From Balanoglossus misakiensis (Eukaryota; Animalia; Hemichordata): a stretch of 64,000 nucleotides of DNA. The notes below the pieces were generated by a model that saw only the letters and a list, made by a program, of their open reading frames with translations, was not told the DNA's origin and ran no database searches. The position numbers and the translations under genes are program-made. The stretch covers positions 6,739,082 to 6,803,081 of the forward strand of contig CM082591.2 in NCBI GenBank assembly GCA_040954595.2, in the 5' to 3' direction. Positions 1 through 14,956 of this stretch are shown here, one piece after another. The number at the start of each line of letters is the position of its first letter. The first letter of the stretch is position 1.

Positions 1-1020
1 CATACATACATACATACATACATACATACATACATACATACATACATACATACATACATACATACATACATACATACATACATACATACATACATACATA
101 CATACATACATACATACATACATACATACATACATACATACATACATACATACATACATACATACATACATACATACATACATACATACATACATACATA
201 CATACATACATACATACATACATACATACATACATACATACATACATACATACATACATACATACATACATACATACATACATACATACATACATACATA
301 CATACATACATACATACATACATACATACATACATACATACATACATACATACATACATACATACATACATACATACATACATACATACATACATACATA
401 CATACATACATACATACATACATACATACATACATACATACATACATACATACATACATACATACATACATACATACATACATACATACATACATACATA
501 CATACATACATACATACATACATACATACATACATACATACATACATACATACATACATACATACATACATACATACATACATACATACATACATACATG
601 CATACATGCACACATACATACATACATACATACATACATACATACATGCACACATGCACACATACATACATGCATACATGCACACATACACACATACACA
701 CATACATACATACATACATGCACACATGCACACATGCACACATGCACACATGCACACATGCACACATGCACACATGCACACATGCATACATGCACACATG
801 CACACATACACACATGCATACATGCATACATACATACATACATACATACATACATACATACATACATACATACATACACACATGCACACATGCACACATG
901 CACACATGCACACATACACACATACACATACACACATACACACATACATACATACATACATACATACATACATACATACATACATACAACACACACACAC
1001 ACACACACACACATACATAC
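1..1020. repeat. (CATA)n microsatellite with degenerate CACATG/CATG and (CA)n parts; lies in intron 2 of subtilase copy A
   Basis: Pure CATA units from 1 to ~598, mixed CACACATG-type units to ~940, short (CA)n near 990-1012. The same intron carries a compound TATG/TG tract in copies B, C and D. Confidence 0.98.
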
Positions 1021-1044
1021 AAATGTAAAATAAATAATACATAC

Positions 1045-1599
1045 TATATGGACTGCGTCTCCAGGAATTCTAGCAACAAAGCCTTTCATCAGTCTTGTCA
1101 CATTTATTTGAAAGTCAATATGCAATCCATGTTCTTTAGAAAGTGCTTGGAATTTTTCTTTGAACGCTGCCAGATCATCATCTGTTAGGTCGTCCTGTAT
1201 CGAAACCGAAATTACATTTTTGCATTTATGTTTAGTCTGTGTACGTCTGCAGTTCATTTATTTTTATTTGTTTCACAATATACAAACCTAGAAAATGCCA
1301 AAAGAAAACTAAAACTCACATGTTCACCACAACATAACGTAGCATGGCCAATTTCTTTTAAATGGATAAATAGTTATGAATCTGCTTACCTTTACTTTCA
1401 CAATGTATTCATCATCTATTTTCTCATCTCCAGCATGTATCAACGGAGCTTCAGTTTCACGTTTAACAAAGCTTGGACGCAGAGCGCGGATTCTTCTCTG
1501 TTCTCTTAACGTCTCCTCCGACTTTCGGGATTCTGCAATCTGTATCCCAAGGAAGGCGATCACACATAGCCAAATCACAACTGAGTGCGATTTGATCAT
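1045..1599 (-). CDS. S8A subtilase copy A, partial: coding exons 1-2 (signal peptide and I9-type propeptide); the rest lies beyond the left edge
   Basis: Exon 1 1599-1390 ([18 protein letters not shown]...DDEYIVKVK, donor GTAAGC). Exon 2 1194-1045 (DDLTDDDLAAFKEKF...GDAVHI, acceptor ATACAG, donor GTATGT). Same 210 and 150 nt exon sizes as B, C and D. Confidence 0.85.
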
Positions 1600-2239
1600 G
1601 GTTGTCTGAAACAACGGGATGTTGAACAGGAATGTTATGGAGATGATTTGACATATTGCAGTTATGGCTTGAAACGTTTACAGCCACAAGTACACATGGA
1701 TTAAAGTGCAAGGGGAACTTTACAAACAAATGCGTTTCTTATATTGACGTTCTCTGCAAATTGACGAAGTCGCTAAATTACACATTGTTTGGATTATTGT
1801 ACTTTTGTTTTGGGAGTTCATTCAACTTCTTCATTGAGTTATGTTAAACGACTGGTCTTCACAACAGTTTCTCACTTCTCATGCGAAAACCGGGAAACTG
1901 AAACCAAATTTCAACTTTTCAGGGAAAAAAGAAAAGAAAAATGTACATTGTTGAGAAATGTGGCTAGGTAGTCGAATACAATAAGAATAAAGTGAAAGTT
2001 CAACTCATAGCATATGCCATGGGTGCACATTGGTTTGGTTTTGATGCATGTTAGACACCCGTGTTTCCGTTGGATCTTATCAGTGAGCAGGATATAAATC
2101 TTTGTCTGTATCTTCAACTTGAAAAACAACGACTTTCATTAACTCAACTAATCATGATTACTGGATTGTATGGTTATACCAAAACGAATGACGACTGAAT
2201 GTTTGGTATGTACATCTAAGTTACAAGTCACATACATAC

Positions 2240-2345
2240 CTTAGTGCTGTAGTTTACACAGAGGATGAAGTCGAGCTGCTGAGCTGGTCACTGATGCCGA
2301 AGTGGAAACTTGTAACAACTGTTCTCTCGATACACTGGCTTTAAA
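2240..2345 (-). promoter_or_regulatory. Putative core promoter and non-coding first exon of copy A
   Basis: TTTAAA at 2345-2340, ACAGTT about 23 nt downstream, an ATG-free exon ending at CTAAG|GTATGT (2240), and a TTTCAG acceptor 6 nt before the ATG. Conserved in all four copies. Confidence 0.55.
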
Positions 2346-2414
2346 GATGTCGCCATGACGCATTGCACGTCCCAAAATACTCTCAATTAAAACGTCTATG
2401 AATATTAAATTTTC

Positions 2415-2859
2415 AAAAGCTCTGCAGTCGAAAACACACGCCTGTTTGACTGACGAGTAGATGCGATATTGTTATTAAAAAGTATTTTTAAATTCAATTT
2501 TGCGTCCGATTTTATTCTTCATATGCCCCGTCTCTACCAGCATCCATGTATGTGTGTATCTATGTACAAAAAATTTTGTAAAACAATTTATTGTGCAATC
2601 ACTGCGTGTCTCGGCTTTGGTGTCACCCAATCTACTCTAAAAGCTCTGCAGTCGAAAACACAAGCCTGTTAGACTGACGTGTAGATACAATATTGTTATT
2701 AAAAAGTATTTTTAAATTCAATTTTGCGTCCGATTTTATTCTTCATATGCCCCGTCTCTACCAGCATCCATGTATGTGTGTATCTATGTACAAAAAATTT
2801 TGTAAAACAATTTATTGTGCAATCACTGCGTGTCTCGGCTTTGGTGTCACCCAATCTAC
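2415..2859 (+). repeat. 224-bp tandem duplication upstream of copy A
   Basis: The unit AAAAGCTCTGCAGTCGAAAACAC...CACCCAATCTAC starts at 2415 and again at 2639. It is single-copy in the B and C promoters. Confidence 0.9.
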
Positions 2860-3214
2860 CAGAGACATTTTTGTGATATGAATAGCTTGTTATTATCTAT
2901 CAGCAAAGAAAGACATTTTAGAGTCAGATCTGGGGTCTCCTCACTGTGAACTGAAAGCGAGGTGAAATAATATTCGATTCTGAGAGATTTTACAATTTGT
3001 AGTATGTTTGTTTTAAAGGTATCAATCTTAACCAAGAATGTACGCGACGTTTAGAGATGTACTACCTTTGGTTTTTAATTTGAGGTTACATTAATGTGTA
3101 GTCGCTACGTCAAATCAGCTGGACAGATATTTTGCTATTGCATCGGTTATATTAGCTGAATCCTCATCGCCAGTTCCATGGTCGGCCAGACAGGCACTCG
3201 CTGTTTGTGCGCAA

Positions 3215-6160
<2,946 letters not shown>

Positions 6161-6585
6161 TTGCGTGAGAGTTTCTAGATTGAATTGTTGCGTAACAATG
6201 CTATGTGTCTGTGTCGACATGAGGACACAAGTTCGTTTCTTTTATTGTGTGGAAAGTTCTGGGTTGCGAATAACAATAAATTTGTGTTAAGCAGAGCTTG
6301 CACTGATTGGTAGCGATGTCATATGGCTTGGCTTGGGCTAAGATTTTCCATGAAATAGCCTTGTGGGTGATGTCGTTGTCCTTCAGTGTCCAAATATGTT
6401 TGCTGAGTTCGGTAGAGTTCCCTGAGCGTGCGAGTCGGAAAGATGAAGTGTGGTTTCTCTATCTTGTCTTGAAGTCGTTCTCGGTTAGGCCAATGTATGT
6501 GTCCGAGGTGTTTATGTCTGAGCGCGTAACGGTGGCCTGGTAAATGACGGAGTTTTGGAGGCAGTTACCGTTATCTCGGCATCCA
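6161..6585 (-). mobile_element. Penelope-like retroelement 3' fragment (GIY-YIG endonuclease), degenerate
   Basis: Minus strand reads GNCLQNSVIYQATV...TYIGLTENDFKTR*RNHTSSFR...NSTELSKHIWTLKD...CKLC, then after frameshifts NKRNELVSSCRHRH. VIY-YIG motif plus the C-terminal motifs typical of invertebrate Penelope-like elements. In-frame TAG at 6461-6459. Confidence 0.85.
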
Positions 6586-8496
6586 GAACAGATGCAGATT
6601 GGTATTTGGAATGATGGAACACATAATGGAGTCTTAATTATGTTCTTACATAATTCAAGAGTAACCAATAGGCCTTTACCTCATTAATTATGTGCATAAC
6701 TAATTACAGAGTAACCAATACGGCTAGACGGTTTTTTGGGGGGACATGAGCCAGTAATTAGGGGAACTTTGGGGAACCAATACGTTCACACCTACTTCGA
6801 ATTTGGAGGGATCCGCTTGGGCCCGGAAAACCTGCTTGCACCTTTAATCTTGATTGTTTCACAATTCAGTCAGCCAAAGATGAAATATCTCCTATAAAGA
6901 TTTAGATTTTGCACGAACATGGTAGTTCTAAGTGCATTACTAATTTGGGTATCTAAACGCTGTGCTGTACTGACTAAATTCATACAAATTTCACATTTTA
7001 CCTTGAAGCGAGTAGGTCGTCTCACACGCGTGTTCCAACTGTAGCTTCTGGTTGCAGACGTTGAGAACAGTCAATCCCATAAGGCAGTGCTCTGTCCTAA
7101 CCGCGGACAAGGTGGCGGCGGCCAAAGTCTGTGTCGCAAGTCGGAGATCGAAAAAAAAAGTCAGCAAATGGGTTGTAGGCCTAATGAAGTGGCAAAACTA
7201 GAATCTACTTATCCCTACTGACTTGTTAGAGCCTTACTTGGGGATTCTTACACAGTCTGGTATGAAAAATAACTCGAAGATGGTTCTTTCGCTTCGCGTA
7301 CAAGAAAAGGACTGGTATTGCCAGGCAGTGTAGATAGCGCGCAGAACAGCGGGCAGCTTGTAAGCTGGGCCCGGGAGATAGAAGTACCACTGCCGTGTAC
7401 AGTAATCATCCTCGCGCTCGTGGAGGCAGACTGCGATTGACGTAAATTTTATGAAGCTGTACAAAGTACCAATAAATTCTGTGTTCGGACGGAAAGAAAT
7501 TATAATCGACCGAGAAGAAAACTGCACGAATTGGCTGAGATTTGCAGCGATAATTGCTATCTAGCATGCTCGGCCGCGGCCAAGACACAGTCGGTGTCAC
7601 TTAGGCAGCTCAGCGCAGCAATGATTTTTTGTGTTTGGGCGTCTCTGCGACAGCTAAAACAAATTTGTTTAAAAATTAAAAAATCTATAATGAACTGAGC
7701 TGAGGTTTATACTAAGAGGTGCTTTCAGTTTGTAGCGAGGTCGGCTTTGTTACGGGGCCGTCTTTGGTGTGGGACATTGAGCCGTTTTATCTCGTAGTAC
7801 TATCCCTGCGTGCTCCCGGCAACTCAGGGCTAATTTTCTACGTACTACAGGGACATACATGTACATATTGTAAAATTGTGCCGCAAATACAGGCGCATGC
7901 ACCGTCAAAAATACACAATTGTTCAATAGTGGGCGGTTTTAGCGTGAATAATCAAAATGCACAAGCTGATTGTGGAAACGAAGCTACGTGTGGCAAGCTG
8001 TGTGTCTTACAACCGATGCCTCCCGTATAAAGCGGGCGATTCCCAACCGATCTGTTGCGTAGTAGTTTTGACTAGAATTTCCGTCTGCAAAACAAAACCC
8101 GTACCGATCACCGTTACCGAGCACACCTCATTCATACGGCACAACCAATCGGCCCCAAAACACCTCACAACTTGTACAACGGCCCCCTTTGAACTTTTAG
8201 CGAGAGAAAAAACATTCAGCCGCATCCATCTCGAATCTTGCTCGCACACATGGAAACAAGTGCATTGTGGGGAAAATAATGTTTATCAACAAAGTGTGAC
8301 GTCCGACCGTCCGTCGTGGCGGACGCGTGGGGCTTGGTTTTTCAACGTCCTGCTGCCACCAATTGCAATATTCACATACGCCGACAGCCAGGAGTGTAAC
8401 GTGTCGGGCTGGGTTCTGATATTTTGCTGCCACCAATAATAAGTTCATGCGTAGGTCGAGAAAGTTCTCAAACGGTCTGGGATCGCTGCAAGGTTA

Positions 8497-9003
8497 GGTC
8501 TGTCTGTCTGTATGTCTGTATGTCTGTCTGTCTGTCTGTCTGACTGTATGTCTGTCTGTCTGTCTGTCTGACTGTATGTCTGACTGTATGTATGTATGTA
8601 TGTATGTATGTATGTATGTATGTATGTATGTATGTATGTATGTATGTATGTTTGTATGTATGTATGTATGTATGTATGTATGTATGTATGTATGTATGTA
8701 TGTATGTATGTATGTATGTATGTATGTATGTATGTATGCATGCATGCATGCATGCATGTATGTATGTATGTATGTATGTATGTATGTATGTATGTATGTA
8801 TGTATGTATGTATGTATGTATGTATGTATGTATGTATGTATGTATGTATGTATGTATGTATGTATGTATGTATGTATGTATGTATGTATGTATGTATGTA
8901 TGTATGTATGTATGTATGTATGTATGTATGTATGTATGTATGTATGTATGTATGTATGTATGTATGTATGTATGTATGTATGTATGTATGTATGTATGTA
9001 CGT
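8497..9003. repeat. (GTCT)n then (TATG)n microsatellite
   Basis: Directly visible. Inverted counterpart of the 3215-6160 tract, sharing the same ~65 bp flank. Confidence 0.97.
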
Positions 9004-9074
9004 ACGTTGCGCACAAACAGCGATTGCCTGTCTAGCCGGTCATGGAACCGGCGATGAGGATTCAGCTAATATAA

Positions 9075-10268
9075 TTCATAGTTCCACCCTACGGTATAAG
9101 CCACGCCCCCCTTGGTTACTGTTGCTACTGAGCTTGTGGGACATTGACCTCCATAGCTCCACAACGTGGATGGGGAAACTAGATTCGTTCAGCGCAACGT
9201 TCCTGGCGATATTTCTGTATGCTACCTACCAGAGTTAAAAAACCTATCCAAGAAGTCACAGGGAAAGGGTTTAATGAGGTATAATTTCCCCGTATTTCGA
9301 ACGAGTATGCCTGCATCGCGGACGATAGCGGCCGTATCCCCCCGGGCCGCAGGCTATACTGGGAATGTCGAGTTCGCGACGCAGGTACACGAGTGAGGAA
9401 TACGGGGGAATTATATGTTTAACACATACATAGACCAAGTGTCCATGAAATTGAGCTTCTTTGTGAATTTAAAACATTTCAGCGAAAAAATAGCACTATT
9501 TTAAAAGGATCGACAGATCATGTTATGCGGTCGGGGTCGCGGTCACAAACGGACATTAAACCACGATCAGCTGTTAGTAATAACGGGCCCCGAAGGTTAA
9601 GTTTATCGCGCTATTTCTGAGTGAAATCAGACGAAATATGAGACACAAGAGATATCACTTCACCTGACGATATTTTTGGTAGGTAAATATGGATGAAAAC
9701 ACTGATAACGCGGCAAATAGTCAGAAAAGTACGTGAACGTTACTTGGATTGACAGCGCGCGGCCCCATTGTTTACAACGCCGGACATTTTATAAGGGTCG
9801 AACAACATTGACATTTCGAATGGAAATTGCAAGCAGCATACGAATTTCAAAATTTTCAAACACTTTAGCAATAAAATCATTGTTAAATATTTATATTGAA
9901 GACGTGTCAGTTTAAAATCTAAACGCAAACTTTTAATATCCACCACCGGAGACACCTCTCTCTCTGTGTTTTTGGCTTCGGAAACGGAACAAAAAATATA
10001 CTCGATGTTGGGTCAAGGTACCTTTCATCCGATTTACACGTCCCCCAGGCGCATCTCTTCACTATTCTGGCCGATATTTTAAAACCATTAAGTTCCTGAA
10101 ACTGAAAAAAAACTTCCAGTCTGTCCATCTCTAACTGAGCGTGTACTGTAGGCTGGGCCATGTTGTTGATTATATGTGGGACAAAATGGCGGTTGTGTGA
10201 ACAGCATGACTTTTCTCGGCTCTGATTGGCTGAGGGTTCAGTGTGATTGACAACTGTGGAACCATGAA
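9075..10268 (-). mobile_element. Non-autonomous TIR DNA transposon (PIF/Harbinger-ISL2EU-like) with THAP-domain remnant
   Basis: TIRs TTCATAGTTCCAC (9075) and GTGGAACCATGAA (10268), 12/13 match, with TAA on both sides. Paralog A has the empty site with a single TAA (3147-3149, minus). Internal minus-strand VKRCAWGTCKSDERY...IFFVPFPKPKTQRERCLRW (10062-9940) fits a THAP C2CH N-terminus. Confidence 0.85.
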
Positions 10269-10847
10269 TAACCGATGCAATAGCAAAATATCTGTCCAGC
10301 TGATTTGACGTAGCGACTGCACATTACAATGTAACCTCAAATTAAAGCCAAAGGTAGTACATCTCTAAATGTCGCTTACATTCTTGGTTAAGATTGATAC
10401 CTTTAAAACAAACATACTACAAATTGTAAAATATCTCAGAATTGAATATTATTTCACCTCGCTTTCAGTTCACAGTGAGGAGACCACAGATCTGACTCTA
10501 AAATGTCTTTTTCCGCTGATAGATAATAACAAGCTATTTATATCACAAAAATGTCTCTGGTAGATTGGGTGACACCAAAGCCGAGACACGCAGTGATTGC
10601 ACAATAAATTGTTTTACACAATTGTATGTATATAGATACACACATACATGGATGCTGGTAGACACAGGAAATATGAAGAATAAAATTGGATGCAAAATTG
10701 AATTTAAAAATACTTTTAATAACAATATCGCATCTACACGTCAGTCTAACAGGCTTGTGTTTCCGACTGCAAGCTTTTGAAAATTTAATATTCATAGAAT
10801 TTTTAATTGAGAGTATTTTGGGACGTGCGATGCGTCATAGCGACATC

Positions 10848-10953
10848 TTTAAAGCCAGTGTATCGGGAGAACAGTTGTTACAAGTTTCCACTTCGACATC
10901 AGTGATCAGCTCGGTGGCTCGACTTCATCCTCTGTGTAAACTACAGCACTAAG
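10848..10953 (+). promoter_or_regulatory. Putative core promoter and 5' UTR exon of copy B
   Basis: TTTAAA 10848-10853, ACAGTT 10871-10876, donor CTAAG|GTATGT at 10953/10954, acceptor TTTCAG ending 11583 just before ATG 11590. Confidence 0.55.
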
Positions 10954-11589
10954 GTATGTATGTGACTTGTAACTTAGATGTACATACCAAACATTCAGTC
11001 GTCATTCGTTTTGCTATAACCATACAATCCAGTAATCATGATTACTTAAGTTAATGAAAGTCGTTGTTTTTCAAGTTGAATATGCAGAGAAAGATTTATA
11101 TCCTGCTCACTGATAAGATCCAACGGAAACACGGGTGTCTAACATGCATCAACATCAAACCTATGTGCACCCATGGCATATGCTATGAGTTGAACTTTCA
11201 CTTTATTCTTATTGTATTCGACTACCTAGCCACATTTCTCAACAATGTACATTTTTCTTTTTTTCCCTGAAAATTTGAAATTTGGTTTCATTTTCCCGGT
11301 TTTCGCATGGGAAGTGAGAAAATGTTGTGAAGACCAGTCGTTTAACATATCTCAATGAAGAATATGAATAAACTCCCAAAACAAATGTAAAATAATCCAA
11401 ACAATTTGTAATACAGCGACTTGATCAATTTGCAGAGAACGTCAATATAAGAAACGCATTTGTTTGTAAAGTTCCCCTTGCACTTTAATCCATGTGTACT
11501 TGTGGCTGTAAACGTTTCAAGCCATAACTGCAATATGTCAAATCATCTCCATAACATTCCTGTTCAACATCCTGTTGTTTCAGACAACC

Positions 11590-12307
11590 ATGATCAAATC
11601 GCACTCAGTTGTGATTTGGCTATGTGTGATCGCCTTCCTTGGGATACAGATCGCAGAATCCCGAAAGTCGGAGGAGAAGTTAAGAGAACAGAGAAGAATC
11701 CGCGCTCTGCGTCCAAGCTTTGTTAAACGTGAAACTGAAGCTCCGTTGCTTCATGCTGGAGATGAGAAAATAGACGATGAATACATTGTGAAACTGAGGG
11801 TATGCATACTTAGTGATGTACACATACACATGCACGCACAATGCCATGTTTCATTCTTTTGTCGCACGAACCATTTTTATTAATTGGCAGCATGTGAGCT
11901 TTCAAGCGAACGTAACACAGACAGAACATAAATGGCAATTTTTGCTTTCATTAAGGACGACCTAACTGACGAAGAACTTGCAGAGTTTGAAGAAAAATTC
12001 CAAGCACTTGCTGAAGAACATGGATTGCATATTGACTTTCAAATAAATGTGACAAGACTGATGAAAGGCTTTGTTGCTAGAATTCCTGGAGACGCAGTCC
12101 ATATAGTATGTATTATTTATTTTATATTATTTATATAAGTGTGTATATGTATGTATGTGTGTGTGTGTGTCTGTCTATCTGTCTGTCCGTCCTTCCGTCC
12201 GTCCGTCCGTACGTACGTACGTAAGTACGTATGTATGTATGTATGTATGTATGTATGTATGTATGTATGTATGTATGTATGTATGTATGTATGTATGTAT
12301 GTATGTA

Positions 12308-12360
<53 letters not shown>

Positions 12361-12397
12361 ATGTATGTATGTATGTATGTATGTATGTATGTATGTA

Positions 12398-12462
<65 letters not shown>

Positions 12463-14897
12463 ATGTATGTATGTATGTATGTATGTATGTATGTATGTAT
12501 GTATGTATGTATGTATGTATGTATGTATGTATGTATGTATGTATGTATGTATGTATGTATGTATGTATGTATGTATGTATGTATGTATGTATGTATGTAT
12601 GTATGTATGTATGTATGTTTGTATGCTTTATTGTATGTTAAATTTCTGCCACAGCTCCGTTGGCTAGATGAGGTCGAATTCGTAGAAGAAGACGAAGTAG
12701 TCCATGCAGCAGAGGAATGGGGTTTGGACAGGATTGATCAGCCCGACCTACCTTTGGACAATCTCTATTCCCCTTACCCATATGGTAAGACATTTGGCAC
12801 TTTAACAAACCTCATGAGGCAGTGCAGGTTTGATAAAATCTACCTTCCATCAAAAACTATTTATTTTCCGGAAGAAGATGAATGTGTTATGTCAGGTATT
12901 ACCTTCAAACCCAAATTTAATGTTCAGCTATGCTTTAATTGGAAGCTAACAATAATCTCGAATAAGTCAATAACATTTTGATCTTAATGGAATGTACATA
13001 ACTAAGGAGTTTGGATGTCATTTTTAATTCCACCATTGGAATTGTTTAATCAAATTCACAGCTAAACAAAAGGTCACCTATAACAAACTTACGTGTAAGT
13101 TTCTGTCCTCCGTAGGGGATGGTAGTGGTGTCAATGTCTTTGTTGTTGACACTGGTATACGCTTTTCTCACAACGAGTTTGGTGGGAGAGCAGTTCGCTA
13201 TTCCGATGCATTCAGGGACGGATGGAATGTAAGTTTTTTTTAATATTATGTATCAATAACGGTGTTTCCAAAATAACACACACACAATCAAAAAGACTTG
13301 TGTGACTGCATTGCAATTGAACTACTAATCAAAACGAGATTTAGCATATATCATATAGTTTCTAAACTTAATAAACAATTATGCAATTTTGATAGTTAAC
13401 TGTTGGCTGTAAAATACAGCGCACATTAATGACGATGTTTCGTATCATGTATTTTGTGATTTTCAGTGTAAATTATCAATGTGATTCCTATCAACTGGGT
13501 TGATAGACAAATCAATTGTCAGTACATGGTTACGTGATTGTATGTGTGTAAGAATAGGTTGTCGTGGAGAAATGTTACATTTCACTCATGTTCCACTTAG
13601 CCATCTGGTTAACAGTCACAATTCAAGCAACGGTTACTATTTAACAGGGAGATGACTGTGATGGACATGGAACTCATGTGGCTGGTACAATAGGCGGAAG
13701 CACTGTCGGAGTTGCACCTGGTGTTACTTTACACTCAGTTCGAGTTTTCGATTGCGACAGTAGCGGGTCAAACGCAGGAATTATTGGAGGTGAGGCGAGC
13801 CGATTGCAACAACTATACAATTACCCCATATATGTAGAAATGTTACGTTCTTGCAGGTTTGGCCTTTTAAATACAATGACACAAGTAGGGATTTTTGACA
13901 GGGGTTCCAACATTCCGTTTAATATATTTATGACCATTTTATCCTCAAAGCTATGGATGACGTCGCCGCTTCGAATATGTTACCTGGAGTGGTTTCTATG
14001 TCATTGAGCAGTGGAACTTCCGCAGCTATGAATTTGGCAGTTCAGCGTTTGACCGCTGCTGGATATATCGTGGTTGTTGCAGCTGGAAACCAACAAACTG
14101 ACGCATGCACGAGGTCACCCGCATCGGCGCCTGAGGTATGTTACATGGAAAATGATGACGCCCTGAAATATGAGCAATGCTAAAAGTGCAATACACCCTT
14201 TTCATTAAGCTAGTGCCCTCATGCAGCCATCGTGAATTTGAACTCAAAGCGAGGCCTTTTGGGAAAGCTAACGAATCACATCTAGGGGAATTCTCATGTG
14301 GGCGCTAGACTCATGAAAAGGGTGTATATGGTACTGCCATTTATTGTCAGGTTCCTGGAATGGCGTGTACATCTGTGTTAATGCACGCCGCGTTAAAAAG
14401 TGCAAGCATATAATATTTATGCGCATTAGCGTACCCTCTATGATAAGCATTAAGCTGGCATTTTACATTGTTACAGTTGTAACCATTTTAAGGGACAAAG
14501 TCCCGGTTTTAGAAATTTGTGTGCGCGCTCCACCAAAAAGGTCATCTTTGCTGTTTGAAAAGTGGTGATTTCGTGTATGATATATCTAGATGTAATTAGC
14601 TACATGCTAAACACATGCTTCAAGAATTTCCCTCGAACGTACACGTCAACATTAATTGGAAATACAGGCTTTGATGAAAAGACGCACTTTTCATCAAAAC
14701 GCATAACCTATAATGAGTGTCCATGTGACACGCAGAAATAAATTACTTTGTTTGAAATTTGGTAATTTTGCAATTTAAGGGCAAGGTTTGTGCATTATTA
14801 GTGGTGATAACTGTTTGCATGTGTCTGAATATATTAATCAACCCCATACATTGCAGATGGTTGCCTTCGGGCTAGACATCTTAAACTATACCACTTG

Positions 14898-14956
<59 letters not shown>

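Noticed and set aside
2469-2881. Recurrent short ORFs MLLKSIFKFNFAS... and MNIKFSKACSRKHK... seen many times
   Set aside because: They recur only because a non-coding upstream segment is duplicated; frames and ends vary between copies.
7234-8448. Overlapping 80-160 aa ORFs, duplicated at 20447-21500
   Set aside because: No recognisable motif, indels between the two copies and no consistent splice structure; probably repeat-derived.
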